Of a stretch of 27,741 nucleotides of DNA, positions 1 to 9,409 are shown piece by piece (the stretch's first letter is position 1; each line of letters begins with the position of its first letter). The notes under the pieces were generated by a model. The model saw only the letters and a list, made by a program, of their open reading frames with translations. It had not been told where the DNA came from and did no database searches. A program made the position numbers and the translations under genes. This DNA comes from Gemmatimonadaceae bacterium (lineage in GTDB: Bacteria > Gemmatimonadota > Gemmatimonadetes > Gemmatimonadales > Gemmatimonadaceae): NCBI GenBank assembly GCA_013820975.1, contig JACDHQ010000001.1, positions 1-27,741 of the forward strand. Reading direction: 5' to 3'.

Positions 1-615
1 GCCTTCCTCTTTCCGGGACCCGGCTACGGCGGATCGTGCTTTCCCAAGGACGTGCAGGCGCTGGTGAGGACCGGCGAGTCCTTTGGCACACCGCTGAGGA
101 TCCTCGAGGCGGTGGAGCAGGTGAACGGGCAGCAAAAGATGCGCATGTTCGAGAAGCTCCAGGCGGCGCTCGGCGACTCGCTGACGGGCGCACGGGTGGC
201 AGTGTGGGGGCTCGCGTTCAAGCCCAACACCGACGACATGCGCGAAGCGCCGGCGTTGACGCTCATCGAGGCACTGCTGGGCGCAGGCGCCACGGTCGTG
301 GCGCACGATCCGGTGGCGATGGACGAGACGAGGCACATCCTCGGCGACCGCATCGCGTACGCCGAGACGGCATTTGCGGCGATCGAGGGCGCGGACGCGC
401 TGGCGATCGTGACCGACTGGAACGAGTACCGCCATCCCGAGTTCGAGCGGATGCGCAACCTGCTTCGGCAGCCGGTCGTCGTCGATGGCCGCAACCTGTA
501 CGATCCCGCGAAGATGGCTGCGCTGGGGCTGCGGTACTACTCGATCGGACGCTGCGATCCCGCGCCGTCCGGCCCTGCGGTCGTCGCGCCGCTCGAGGCG
601 GGGGCACGCCGCTGA
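1..615 (+). CDS. ugd: UDP-glucose/GDP-mannose 6-dehydrogenase family, C-terminal part (5'-truncated by window)
   Basis: Frame 1 is open from base 1 and reads [21 protein letters not shown], the catalytic Cys motif GGSCFPKD. Later [16 protein letters not shown] and IVTDWNEYR are typical of the UDP-binding domain. Stop TGA 613-615 overlaps the next ATG (TGATG). Confidence 0.95.
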   Translation, partial: AFLFPGPGYGGSCFPKDVQALVRTGESFGTPLRILEAVEQVNGQQKMRMFEKLQAALGDSLTGARVAVWGLAFKPNTDDMREAPALTLIEALLGAGATVVAHDPVAMDETRHILGDRIAYAETAFAAIEGADALAIVTDWNEYRHPEFERMRNLLRQPVVVDGRNLYDPAKMAALGLRYYSIGRCDPAPSGPAVVAPLEAGARR

Positions 616-1595
616 TGCGGGTGCTCATCACCGGCGCCGCCGGGTTCCTCGGCTCGCACCTCTGCGACCGCTTCCTCGCAGACGGCCACGACGTGGTCGG
701 GCTGGACAACTATGTGACCGGGAACGCCGCCAACCTGGCGCACCTTTCCGGCAATCGCGCGTTCTCCTTCATCGAGCACGACATTTCCGAGCCGCTGGCA
801 GTCGACGGGCCGCTCGAGGGAGTCCTGCACTTTGCCTCGCCGGCAAGCCCCGTCGACTACCTCGAGCTGCCGATCGAGACCCTCAAGGTGGGCGCGCACG
901 GGACGCTGAACTCGCTCGAGGCTGCGCGCAGCAACGGCGCTCGGTTCTTCATGGCGTCCACGTCGGAGGTCTACGGCGACCCGCACGAGCACCCGCAGCG
1001 CGAGACCTACTGGGGGCATGTGAACCCTGTGGGCCCGCGGTCGGTGTATGACGAGGCCAAGCGCTTCGCCGAGGCGATGACGATGGCATATCACACCCAC
1101 CACGGGGTGGATACGCGCATCGTGCGCATCTTCAATACGTACGGCCCGCGCATGCGTCCCAACGACGGGCGTGTGGTGACCAACTTCATCGTGCAGGCGC
1201 TCACGGGCGCGCCGATCACGGTGTACGGCGACGGCACGCAGACGCGCAGCTTCTGCTACGTGGACGACGAGGTGGAGGGGCTGTACCGGCTGTTCATGAA
1301 GGGCGATGCCAATCCCACCAACATCGGCAATCCGGTGGAATACACCGTCGGCCAGCTCGCGGAGCTCGTGCGCGAGCTCACGGGGTCGGATGCGCCGGTG
1401 GAATATCGCCCGCTGCCGACCGACGACCCGAAGCAGCGCCGCCCCGACATCACGCGCGCGCGCGAGATGCTCGGGTGGGAGCCGAAGGTGCACGTGCGGG
1501 AAGGGTTGGCACGGACAATCGAGTACTTCCGGGGACTCGCGGAGTCGGGCGTATTCCAGTCGCGCCCGCAGCGCGAGACCATCACTCCCGCGTAG
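615..1595 (+). CDS. UDP-glucuronate decarboxylase (UDP-xylose synthase)-like extended SDR
   Basis: True start is ATG 615, coupled to the ugd stop; the 36..614 part of the track ORF is spurious. Motifs: [68 protein letters not shown]. Confidence 0.9.
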   Translation: MRVLITGAAGFLGSHLCDRFLADGHDVVGLDNYVTGNAANLAHLSGNRAFSFIEHDISEPLAVDGPLEGVLHFASPASPVDYLELPIETLKVGAHGTLNSLEAARSNGARFFMASTSEVYGDPHEHPQRETYWGHVNPVGPRSVYDEAKRFAEAMTMAYHTHHGVDTRIVRIFNTYGPRMRPNDGRVVTNFIVQALTGAPITVYGDGTQTRSFCYVDDEVEGLYRLFMKGDANPTNIGNPVEYTVGQLAELVRELTGSDAPVEYRPLPTDDPKQRRPDITRAREMLGWEPKVHVREGLARTIEYFRGLAESGVFQSRPQRETITPA

Positions 1596-1607
1596 CCCCA
1601 GGCCCGC

Positions 1608-2558
1608 GTGTCACGCATCCTCATCACCGGCGGCGCCGGCTTCATCGGCTCGCACCTCGCGGACCGATACCTCGCGCTCGGCCACGAAGTCACCGTCATC
1701 GACAACCTCGCCAGCGGCAAGCGCGAGCAGGTGCCCGCCGGGGCGACGTTCGTCGAGACCGACGTCCGGAGCGAGGAGGCGGCGCGCCTGGTGCGCGAGG
1801 GCAGCTACGACATCGTCGCGCACCTCGCCGGCCAGATGGACGTGCGCGTGAGCGTGCGCGACCCGCAGTATGATGCGGCGGTCAACATCAGCGGCACCCT
1901 CAACCTGCTGGAGGCGGTGCGCGCACTGGACCCCGCCAGGCGCCCCCGGTTCATGTTCTCCTCGACCGGCGGAGTGCTCTATGGCGACTTCGTCACGCCG
2001 CCCAACGCGGAGCACGTTGCCAAGGACCCCGATTCGCCGTACGCCATCAGCAAGCTCACCGCCGAGACGTACATGGCGTACTACGGGCGGGTGCACGGCA
2101 TGGAGTGCGTGGCGCTGCGCTTCGGCAACGTGTACGGACCGCGGCAGGACCCGCACGGCGAGGCGGGAGTGATTGCGATCTTCTGCGGCCGGCTGCAGGC
2201 GAACGAGCCGTTCAGGATCTTCGGCGACGGCAGTCAGACGCGCGACTACATCTACGTGAGTGACGTCGTCGATGCCTTCGTCGTCGCATCGAGTGCGGCG
2301 CTGCCCCCGGTCGGCCGGCTCGACGCCCGTGCGTTCAATGTCGGCACGGGCGTGGAGCGTACGGTCGTGGACGTAGCCCGCGGCCTGCAGCGCGCGGCAG
2401 GCCGCGAGGTGCCGATCGAATTTGCGCCCGCCCGCCCCGGCGAGCCGCTCAAGTCCGGGCTCGATCCGGCGAAGGCAGCTGAGGTCCTCGGCTGGCGCGC
2501 GACCACCGCGCTGGATGAAGGACTCGCCGCCACCTGGCGGTGGATCACCGGCGCGTGA
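1608..2558 (+). CDS. NAD-dependent NDP-sugar epimerase/dehydratase (UDP-hexose 4-epimerase-like SDR)
   Basis: GTG start. Motifs: GGAGFIG, HLAGQMDVRVS, SSTGG, YAISK (YxxxK), LRFGNVYGPRQDPHGEAGVIAIF, GDGSQTRDYIYVSDV. Confidence 0.88.
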   Translation: MSRILITGGAGFIGSHLADRYLALGHEVTVIDNLASGKREQVPAGATFVETDVRSEEAARLVREGSYDIVAHLAGQMDVRVSVRDPQYDAAVNISGTLNLLEAVRALDPARRPRFMFSSTGGVLYGDFVTPPNAEHVAKDPDSPYAISKLTAETYMAYYGRVHGMECVALRFGNVYGPRQDPHGEAGVIAIFCGRLQANEPFRIFGDGSQTRDYIYVSDVVDAFVVASSAALPPVGRLDARAFNVGTGVERTVVDVARGLQRAAGREVPIEFAPARPGEPLKSGLDPAKAAEVLGWRATTALDEGLAATWRWITGA

Positions 2559-2602
2559 TCGCGCAGCGGCGGCTTCCCTTGTCGTGCTACGAAGACGCTC
2601 TC

Positions 2603-4132
2603 TCACCAGGGCGTGCGCGCCTTGCGCACCAGGTTCGCGGCCATCGTCCGGATCGCTCCCGCCCTGGTATCGATGGCCACAAGACCGACCAGGCCGACCG
2701 CTCCGAAGGTGCCGCCGATCATCGCCGCCGCAATCCAGTCCGCGATCCGAACGGAGTGTCCGACCGCTACCGCGAGCACGAGAAAGCTGATGCGAGCCGC
2801 CCATACCCTGACATCGACGCGATCATCCTCTGTCGCGAAGGGTCTCAGTCTCGAGATCGACCACCGATACGCGAGCACCCCGAACACCGATGCAGTCACG
2901 AGGGACGCCAGCGGAATGCCAGGCACGCCGATGACGCTCACCAGCCAGACCATCAACCCGATGCGGACGACCGCTTCGACGGCCGACGCGATGGAACCCT
3001 CGGCCACCGCGCCGGTTGCCCGGTACAGGTAGTTGGTGAGAAACGCGCCTCCGCCGACCACCGAGGATAGCGCGAGCAGCAGGGTCAGCTGCGTGCCGCC
3101 GTACAGGCCCGGCCCAACCCACGCAGCGACGAAGCTCGCGTTCATGGCGATGTAAGCGCCGGCAAGTGCCACGGCAAAGGACGTGCGGATGGACACGACT
3201 TCGTTGTAGACCGCAATGGAATTCGCACGCTGTTCCGATGTGACGAGATGCGCAAAGCTGCCGTACGTCCCGTAGGCGATTGCGTCTGCCACGGCGCGCC
3301 CGACGTCCGACGCGCGCCGCGTGGCGAGATACCCGGTGGCCAGGGCGGGATCGAGCATGAACCCGATGATCGCGAACTCGCTCTGATTCATGGCAGCGTA
3401 GCTCAGCCCGCCCAGGGCGGTGACCGGCATGAGGCGTGACGTCTCGCGCATCACTGCCGCGTCAAAACGGAATCCGCGGAACATCGCCGGGGTCATGCTG
3501 CTGAACAGAAAGTACGCCGACCCGACGATCAGCACCGTGCTGCGGGCCAGCATACCCCACGCGATGCTCGGAAGCCCGAATCCGTGCAGCAGCATGACGA
3601 GGGTCACGACGAAGCCAACCGGGGAGCTCAGGGCCATGAGCAGACCCATGAATGCCGTGCGCTGCGTGCCTCGCGCGAACCCGACAGCCACGTACTGCAT
3701 GATGATCCCCGCAGTGGCGATCGCCGCGATCTGAAACGTCAGCTCGAACGAGGCGGCCTGCTCGGCAGGCACCTTGAACCATTGGGGCAGCCGCGGGGCG
3801 ACGGCGTACGAGGCCCACACCACGAACGCCGCCACGGCCCCAAGCGAGATGACGCCGCTGAACAGCCAGCGGCCGATGTCGACTTCGTCTCCGCGGCCGT
3901 GGGCTGCACCGATTCGCTGCGTGAGAATGCCGGGCAGTCCGAGGTCGACGGCCTGGATCCAGGCAAGGACGTCGCCGGACGAAAGCCAGCTGCCGTACAG
4001 CCCCTTGCCGAGATACCGAATGAAGTACGGCAGGAGAATGATTGACTGCAGCGCGCCGAGCCCGATGTTGGCGGCGTTCGTGGCGAAGGTCGTCGCAGCA
4101 GCGGCCCGCCGACTGGGAGGGGGGGAACTCAC
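2603..4132 (-). CDS. wzx: Wzx-like oligosaccharide flippase (MOP/MATE-like polysaccharide exporter)
   Basis: 509-aa highly hydrophobic multi-TM protein. N-terminal 'ILLPYFIRYLGKGLYGSW...DLGL' pattern typical of polysaccharide flippases. Locus context fits. Confidence 0.75.
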   Translation of the reverse strand: MSSPPPSRRAAAATTFATNAANIGLGALQSIILLPYFIRYLGKGLYGSWLSSGDVLAWIQAVDLGLPGILTQRIGAAHGRGDEVDIGRWLFSGVISLGAVAAFVVWASYAVAPRLPQWFKVPAEQAASFELTFQIAAIATAGIIMQYVAVGFARGTQRTAFMGLLMALSSPVGFVVTLVMLLHGFGLPSIAWGMLARSTVLIVGSAYFLFSSMTPAMFRGFRFDAAVMRETSRLMPVTALGGLSYAAMNQSEFAIIGFMLDPALATGYLATRRASDVGRAVADAIAYGTYGSFAHLVTSEQRANSIAVYNEVVSIRTSFAVALAGAYIAMNASFVAAWVGPGLYGGTQLTLLLALSSVVGGGAFLTNYLYRATGAVAEGSIASAVEAVVRIGLMVWLVSVIGVPGIPLASLVTASVFGVLAYRWSISRLRPFATEDDRVDVRVWAARISFLVLAVAVGHSVRIADWIAAAMIGGTFGAVGLVGLVAIDTRAGAIRTMAANLVRKARTPW

Positions 4133-4220
4133 CCGGCAGCAGTATTACGCATGACCGTCGCCGTAGCGGAGGAGCGACAGCACGTTGATCACCGGGCCGG
4201 GCATGACAAGATGCGAGCCT

Positions 4221-5231
4221 TTAGGGACTTGCGTGCTGCGCGCGACGAAAGCCTGCGTCCCTGACAAGCGCCGCCACGAGGCCCGCACTCCCGCCCAGGA
4301 TCATCGAGACAATTCCCCAGATCGCCAGTCCGCGCGGATCCGGCCTGACGGGAGTACGCGGCGGATCGACAACCGAGATGAGCGGCGTGTCGCGCACTTC
4401 GTCGATCTTTGCCTGTTCGGATGCAAGCACGAGCTGGGTATACGCCTGCTGGCGGAGCGCCACCTCACGCTGCAACTGGTTCTCCCGGTACTCGAGCGTC
4501 GCCGCTCCGCGCCACTGTCTGTTCTGGTCGAGAAAGTCTCGGAGGCGGTTCTCGGCGGACTGCAAGGCGACCGCCGCCTCCTGGGCCTGCGCCTGGACGA
4601 ACCGGCGCTCCGACGTAGCCTGCGACCGACGCCGCTGCAGGTTGTAGCGGTCGATCAGACCAAGCGTCGCCACAGCCAGCGCATTTGACAATGCAGCCTC
4701 CTCGCTCACGACGCTGAGCCGGACGACGCCGGTTTTTGCCACCGCGGTCGCGGAAACCATCTTCGCCAGCTCGCGCCGCCCGTTGTCAGCTCTGGTAGCA
4801 GGGGGACCCGAAGGAATCTCGAGTGCATCCGTGACCGCGAGCTCCCCCCGACCGGGCAGAGAGATTTGCGTGCCTGACAGCTCGAGCAGAATCCCATCAC
4901 TCGTGATGAGATCTGCGTAGAAGGGGGGTGACTGCGTGGCGTCCGCCCCGGGAGCAGTGATGCCGAACTGCGCGGCAAGCCCGCTCAGATTGGCTGACGC
5001 GGATCGCCCCGTCTGAGGAGCAAAGGTGCTGCGAACGGTATACGTCCTGGGTTGGGCGAGCTTGTACGCCACCAGTGACACGACGACGAGCCCGCCGACG
5101 ACGAGGGCCGTGGAAAGCTGGCGGCGCACGCTGACATAGAGCTCATGAAGCGACGTCTCGCCATCCGGCCCTATCCATGGGAAGGGGGATTGCCGGTGTT
5201 CTCCCGGACGGTCGGGCGATGTGTATTGCAA
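4221..5231 (-). CDS. Wzz/GumC-like polysaccharide co-polymerase (chain-length determinant, no kinase domain)
   Basis: Two terminal TM segments flank a coiled-coil region (ERRFVQAQAQEAAVALQSAENRLRDF...LQREVALRQQAYTQL) and ISVVDPPRTPVRP. Start is uncertain: in-frame TTG at 5231 chosen, GTG at 5129 is an alternative. The track extension to 5402 runs through low-complexity/hairpin DNA. Confidence 0.75.
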   Translation of the reverse strand: MQYTSPDRPGEHRQSPFPWIGPDGETSLHELYVSVRRQLSTALVVGGLVVVSLVAYKLAQPRTYTVRSTFAPQTGRSASANLSGLAAQFGITAPGADATQSPPFYADLITSDGILLELSGTQISLPGRGELAVTDALEIPSGPPATRADNGRRELAKMVSATAVAKTGVVRLSVVSEEAALSNALAVATLGLIDRYNLQRRRSQATSERRFVQAQAQEAAVALQSAENRLRDFLDQNRQWRGAATLEYRENQLQREVALRQQAYTQLVLASEQAKIDEVRDTPLISVVDPPRTPVRPDPRGLAIWGIVSMILGGSAGLVAALVRDAGFRRAQHASP

Positions 5232-5316
5232 GGTGCCGAGTCGGAATTGGAGTCGAAATGCGGTTGGACTTCTACTATTTAATGGCTGGCCGGAGCTTTG
5301 AGAGGGTTCCGAATGC

Positions 5317-5347
5317 GGGGTGGGTCCGGATCCGGGGGTGGGTCCGG
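5317..5347. repeat. 13-bp direct repeat GGGGTGGGTCCGG x2 (18-bp period) containing four G-runs
   Basis: Copies at 5317-5329 and 5335-5347. The linker region contains the palindrome CCGGATCCGG. Confidence 0.8.
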
Positions 5348-5368
5348 TCCGCAACGAGCTTTGCAGGG

Positions 5369-5455
5369 CGCAGATCCGGTCGGGGCAATGCCCCGACCTC
5401 AACCGGATTGCGAATTCACGCGGATTCGCTCCGCGTGGTACGGCGAGTTCCGTGA
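5369..5455. other. Cluster of consecutive GC-rich inverted repeats (candidate structured RNA, no U-tracts)
   Basis: GGTCGGGGC-aat-GCCCCGACC (5378-5398) is nested in an outer stem 5369-5377/5405-5412. CACGCGGA-ttcgc-TCCGCGTG spans 5417-5437. A weaker ACGG/CCGT stem spans 5440-5453. Confidence 0.6.
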
Positions 5456-5530
5456 CTTGCGGGAGCCGGCAGCATCAAGGTCTTCTTTTTCGGCGCTGCA
5501 TGATTCCGTCAAGGTGGTTCCGGCGTTCTG

Positions 5531-5549
5531 TTGCGTCGTTGCGTCGTTG
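5531..5549. repeat. 8-bp tandem repeat TTGCGTCG x2 plus TTG
   Basis: Read directly: ttgcgtcg ttgcgtcg ttg. It abuts a minus-strand TTGACA at 5553-5548. Confidence 0.7.
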
Positions 5550-5571
5550 TCAAGGACACCGTTCCCGCTTC

Positions 5572-5633
5572 CATGGCGCACGGAGCCGCCCCTGCTACGG
5601 AGCGATCCGCCAGATCGGGCTCGTTGCGCCATG
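5572..5633. other. Long imperfect stem closing two small internal hairpins (candidate multibranch RNA structure)
   Basis: CATGGCGCA (5572-5580) pairs with TGCGCCATG (5625-5633), extended by CG-AGCC/GGCT-CG with single bulges. Internal stems: CGATC/GATCG (5603-5617) and GCT/AGC (5594-5603; overlaps the former at 5603). Confidence 0.55.
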
Positions 5634-5707
5634 CCACTCCCGCGCACCAGTCACACCCGGTAACCCGCCACAATTCGCGTCCCCTGCAGTTCCAAACGCC
5701 GCCAGAT

Positions 5708-6994
5708 TCACCCGGCCACGTTCAGCTGGCGCTTGCGCCGCCACCACCAGACGATCATGAGAATATAGAATCCGGTAAACCCCTCCGGGTTCGAGAGCAC
5801 CGAAGCATTTGCCGAAAAGTATGCAAAAATGATGATCGTGAATGCGAATACCGGTACAGCGAGCAGGTTGCCGGCTCCTATCATGTCCACCCAGACAACG
5901 GCGAGCAGGCGCGCAAGCAGGAATACCACGAGCAACGCGCCCGGGAATCCGACGTCCGACGCAAACCACGGATAGATGGAGTGCCAGAACGCCAATCGCC
6001 CAAAGCCGTCCTCGGTCTCGAGGCGACCCGGGTAGCTCTGCTCGGCGGCCCGATCCGACCCTCCAACTCGCTTGGCCACGTTATGGAGGAGCATCGAGTG
6101 TCCCATTCCATAGGTGGGGACGAACGGCTTGTCGAGAGCAAGCCCTAGCCCGTAATAACCCTGCGTCGCGTAGATCGAAAGTCCGCGCGCCGCGCCCTGC
6201 GCGCCCGGCGACAACGATCGCATGATCGGGCCATCCATGTTGGCATAGATGCCGGCGGGGCCGAAGTACTGCGGAACTTCGATCGAGCCCTGGCGTTGCG
6301 ACTGGCCGTATGTAAAGAAGGCCACAAATCCGAGGATGAGCGCGCCGAACGTCGCCCCACCTGCCACGAAGTGGCGGGCGCGGAGCCTGAGCTTGCCCGC
6401 GGCAACTCGCGCTGCGATCAGCCAGGGGAGCATTATGAGGAGATCGGCCAGCCCCTTGTTGGTGCCGGTCATGAGCCAGATCGTGAGGTTCAGAACAGTC
6501 GCGCCAACCACGAGGGACTTCATGCTGCCCGACAACCGCTCCCAGAAGTAGACTCCAGCGGGTAACAGAAACACCAGGATTGGGCCCAGGAACAACCGCA
6601 CGATCTCGGTCGCTGTCTTCCCCGGCGATGACGCTTCCGCAACCCCGTAATACGCCAGGGCAGGGTTTCGGATGGCGTCGATGAGGGTGAGCTCCGAGCC
6701 GGTCTTGAAGAAGACGGTGGGTCCGATCAGCAGCAAGTTGAAGACGATGCTGAGCCCGATGATGCGTCTGGGGTCGATCGCGCCGCGATCGGGGCGCGCA
6801 GGCTTGAACGCGCCGCTCAGGTAGCCCAGCGCCACGGCGATGTGCGCCAGGATCAGAAATCCGTAGAGACGGACGGGGTTCCGGACCGGCCAGGGCCACG
6901 GACCCCATGCGAAGAGCGCCACGACGCCGTTCAGGTACAACTGCACCGCGATGAGCGGAAAGAGACGCGCGAAGGTGCCTGGTGCCCGACTCAT
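5708..6994 (-). CDS. wzy: Wzy-like oligosaccharide repeat-unit polymerase
   Basis: 428-aa protein with about 10-11 predicted TM segments and a large periplasmic loop containing YATQGYYGL and WHSIYPWFASDVGFPG. Adjacent to wzz and wzx. Confidence 0.65.
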   Translation of the reverse strand: MSRAPGTFARLFPLIAVQLYLNGVVALFAWGPWPWPVRNPVRLYGFLILAHIAVALGYLSGAFKPARPDRGAIDPRRIIGLSIVFNLLLIGPTVFFKTGSELTLIDAIRNPALAYYGVAEASSPGKTATEIVRLFLGPILVFLLPAGVYFWERLSGSMKSLVVGATVLNLTIWLMTGTNKGLADLLIMLPWLIAARVAAGKLRLRARHFVAGGATFGALILGFVAFFTYGQSQRQGSIEVPQYFGPAGIYANMDGPIMRSLSPGAQGAARGLSIYATQGYYGLGLALDKPFVPTYGMGHSMLLHNVAKRVGGSDRAAEQSYPGRLETEDGFGRLAFWHSIYPWFASDVGFPGALLVVFLLARLLAVVWVDMIGAGNLLAVPVFAFTIIIFAYFSANASVLSNPEGFTGFYILMIVWWWRRKRQLNVAG

Positions 6995-7139
6995 CAGTGG
7001 TTCTGGATTGCTCCTCGAGGCCTCGCGCGGGGCGAGAGATTTGCTTTGCTGTGGCTACCTTCCGGCGTCCACGGCCCCATTTGGCAAGATCGTCGTACTG
7101 CAGGTGGAGTCAAGGCCGGAGCTCTCGGCACTGTTCCAT

Positions 7140-7168
7140 TTGACACCCGTTCGTCCAGAAGCTACACT
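7140..7168 (+). promoter_or_regulatory. sigma70-type promoter TTGACA-N17-TACACT for the 7242-10513 operon
   Basis: Perfect -35 TTGACA at 7140-7145, exactly 17 nt spacer, -10 TACACT at 7163-7168 (TA...T conserved), in a divergent intergenic region. Confidence 0.8.
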
Positions 7169-7171
7169 CCG

Positions 7172-7198
7172 CGAGATACGTGTTCGTCGCGTATCTCG
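7172..7198. promoter_or_regulatory. Perfect inverted repeat CGAGATACG-N9-CGTATCTCG over the predicted transcription start (operator or 5' hairpin)
   Basis: 9-bp arms at 7172-7180 and 7190-7198. As RNA it extends to 11 bp with a G-U pair and a UUCGU loop. Confidence 0.6.
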
Positions 7199-7241
7199 AT
7201 GACACGTAACCACTTAGCGGCTCCGCCCCCGACATCCATTC

Positions 7242-8294
7242 ATGAAACGCATTCTGATTACAGGGAGTTCCGGACTCATCGGTTCTGAGGTCTGCTCGTA
7301 TTTCGACTCCAAGGGCTGGGATGTCCACGGGATCGACAACAACCAGCGCGCGGTCTTTTTCGGCCCCTCCGGCGACACCCGTTTCAACCAGGAGCGTCTG
7401 GTCACCGAGCTCAAATCGTTCCACCATCATGAAATCGACATCCGGAACCGTGAGGGGGTTGCCGCGCTGATCGGGGAGCTTCGCCCCGATGCAATAGTCC
7501 ACGCCGCCGCGCAACCTTCGCACGATCGGGCCGCCGCAATCCCCTTTGACGACTTCGATACGAACGCAACCGGCACACTCAATCTCCTCGAGGCTGCCCG
7601 GCAGCACTGTCCGGAGTCGCCGTTCGCCCACATGTCGACCAACAAGGTCTACGGTGATGCTCCGAACCTGATCGAACTGTCAGAGCAGGAAACGCGCTGG
7701 GATTACGCCGATGCGCGATATGCCGATGGCATACCGGAGACGTTCACCATCGACCAGTCGAAGCATTCGCTGTTTGGCGCGTCGAAACTCGCCGGAGACG
7801 TGATGGTGCAGGAGTACGGCCGCTACTTCGGCATGCCGACCACATGCCTTCGCGGCGGTTGTCTGACCGGCCCCAACCATGCCGGTGTCGAGCTGCACGG
7901 CTTTCTCAGTTACCTCGTTCGCTGCAATCTGGAGAATCGGGAGTACACGATTTTCGGCTACAAGGGCAAGCAGGTGCGCGACAACATCCATTCGCTCGAC
8001 GTTGCCCGTTTCGTCGAATCCTTCATCGCCGCGCCGCGCATCGCCGAGGTCTACAACATTGGCGGCGGAAAGCCGAATAGCTGCAGTATTCTCGAGGCAT
8101 TCGGGCTGGTGGAGGAGTTCTCCGGCGTCCCGATGAAGTACACCTACTCGGGAAAAAACCGCGAAGGCGATCACATCTGCTACTACAGTGACCTGAGCAA
8201 GATGCGCGAGCACTACCCCGAATGGGACATCTCGGTATCGTTGCCCGAGACGATCCGCCAGATCGTGGAGAGCTGGCAGCATCGCCTGACGTGA
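7242..8294 (+). CDS. NAD-dependent epimerase, CDP-paratose 2-epimerase (CDP-tyvelose synthase)-like
   Basis: Motifs: [41 protein letters not shown]-like 'GGCLTGPNH', GKQVRDNIH, RxGDHxxYxSD. These resemble the Tyv/RfbE extended SDR subgroup. Confidence 0.7.
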   Translation: MKRILITGSSGLIGSEVCSYFDSKGWDVHGIDNNQRAVFFGPSGDTRFNQERLVTELKSFHHHEIDIRNREGVAALIGELRPDAIVHAAAQPSHDRAAAIPFDDFDTNATGTLNLLEAARQHCPESPFAHMSTNKVYGDAPNLIELSEQETRWDYADARYADGIPETFTIDQSKHSLFGASKLAGDVMVQEYGRYFGMPTTCLRGGCLTGPNHAGVELHGFLSYLVRCNLENREYTIFGYKGKQVRDNIHSLDVARFVESFIAAPRIAEVYNIGGGKPNSCSILEAFGLVEEFSGVPMKYTYSGKNREGDHICYYSDLSKMREHYPEWDISVSLPETIRQIVESWQHRLT

Positions 8295-9406
8295 AAGCCC
8301 TGTTCGTATTCGAGTACGGCGGGGAGTACATGATGGATGACCTCATGCAAGGCGTTCGTCGTGCGGTCCCCGGCCTGCAGACCCGCCTCTGCCACGGGCT
8401 TGTCGGCGGGTATGTGGCTGGCGGCACGCAGCCCGTGCGCATCCTCAACGCCGCGTACATGTATGCGACGCTGCCGTTCGTCATGATGCGCTGGCGTCCC
8501 GCGGTCGTGCTCGTCAGGACGACGCCGCCGGGAATCCAGCTGTGGGCTGCACTGCTGGGCAGACTGATGAACATCCGCGTGGGTTGCTGGATGATGGACT
8601 ATCACCCCGAGCTGGAAGCGCGGGTGCTTGACCGCCGCCGGGGAGCAGGCTGGGTGGCGCGCCTCATTCGCGGGATCGACAGGTACCTGCTCCGCCGCAT
8701 GAGCTTCGTCATCGTCCTCGACGATGCGATGCAGGCGCTCGTTCGCTCCCGCGCGCCAGCCGTGCCGATCGTGCAGCATCCCACATGGGGAGCCGTCGCT
8801 GACGTCACCCACGAAGATGCGGTGGATAGCGGAAACGCATCTCGCGGAGAGCTGTGTCTCGCGTACGGCGGGAATCTCGGTTTTGCGCACCCACTCGAAA
8901 CGTTCGAGACGTTGATCCGGGAGATCCAGTTGTCCACGAGGGTGAGAATCGTGGCCATCGGTGCGTCATCCCGCGGTGAGCGCCGTTTTGCCGGGCTCGC
9001 GGAACGAACGGGCGCGGTGCTCACGATTCTTCCCCGACATCCCTTCGCCGGGCTCGGCAAGCTGTTTGCGGAGCATCGGGTCGACGCGGGCGTCGTGTTG
9101 CTTTCCGACGAAACGTCGGGAGTGGTCGCGCCCAGCAAGTTTTCGGCGTACCTGCGCTTTGGATTGCCCACGCTGTATATCGGCCCCGCCCGTACGTCGA
9201 GCCAGGCACTCGCGGCCAGATTCGATGCCGGGTTCGCGCTCGCAAACGGTGCTGCGCCGGCGGACGTCCGGGCGGCCGCCGCGAGGCTCGTCGATCCCGC
9301 AGAACTGTCACGCACACGCGCGAACACCCGGGGTGCCGCGGAGTTCTTCGGTTCACGGAGTGGCACCACACTGGCGGCCGCCATTTCGAAGTTCTTCGCT
9401 GGCTGA
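8291..9406 (+). CDS. GT-B (GT4/WbuB-WcaI-like) glycosyltransferase, divergent
   Basis: GTG 8291 overlaps the upstream TGA (GTGA). Motifs: [42 protein letters not shown]. Confidence 0.7.
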   Translation: MKALFVFEYGGEYMMDDLMQGVRRAVPGLQTRLCHGLVGGYVAGGTQPVRILNAAYMYATLPFVMMRWRPAVVLVRTTPPGIQLWAALLGRLMNIRVGCWMMDYHPELEARVLDRRRGAGWVARLIRGIDRYLLRRMSFVIVLDDAMQALVRSRAPAVPIVQHPTWGAVADVTHEDAVDSGNASRGELCLAYGGNLGFAHPLETFETLIREIQLSTRVRIVAIGASSRGERRFAGLAERTGAVLTILPRHPFAGLGKLFAEHRVDAGVVLLSDETSGVVAPSKFSAYLRFGLPTLYIGPARTSSQALAARFDAGFALANGAAPADVRAAAARLVDPAELSRTRANTRGAAEFFGSRSGTTLAAAISKFFAG

Positions 9407-9409
9407 GCG

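Noticed and set aside
36-614. N-terminal extension of the 519-aa track ORF (apparent fusion)
   Set aside because: It overlaps ugd in another frame and is low-complexity Arg/Gly-rich. The TGATG junction supports a start at 615.
4141-4146. AATACT -10-like hexamer 8 nt upstream of the wzx GTG
   Set aside because: It lacks the first T and has no -35 or TG extension, so it is too weak to call a third leaderless promoter.
5232-5402. N-terminal extension of the wzz-like ORF
   Set aside because: It translates repeat and hairpin DNA into Pro/Gly/Ser-rich sequence, and is more likely untranslated leader.
5475-5555. Three TCAAGG copies (minus-strand TTGATG/TTGACG/TTGACA -35-like), another at 7110-7115
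   Set aside because: None has a convincing -10 at 16-18 nt (best is CAGAAC). The 6-mer is short and also occurs in coding DNA.
6994-7080. 28-codon minus-strand ORF whose TGA overlaps the wzy ATG
   Set aside because: It has no recognisable protein features or RBS, so the overlap is probably chance.
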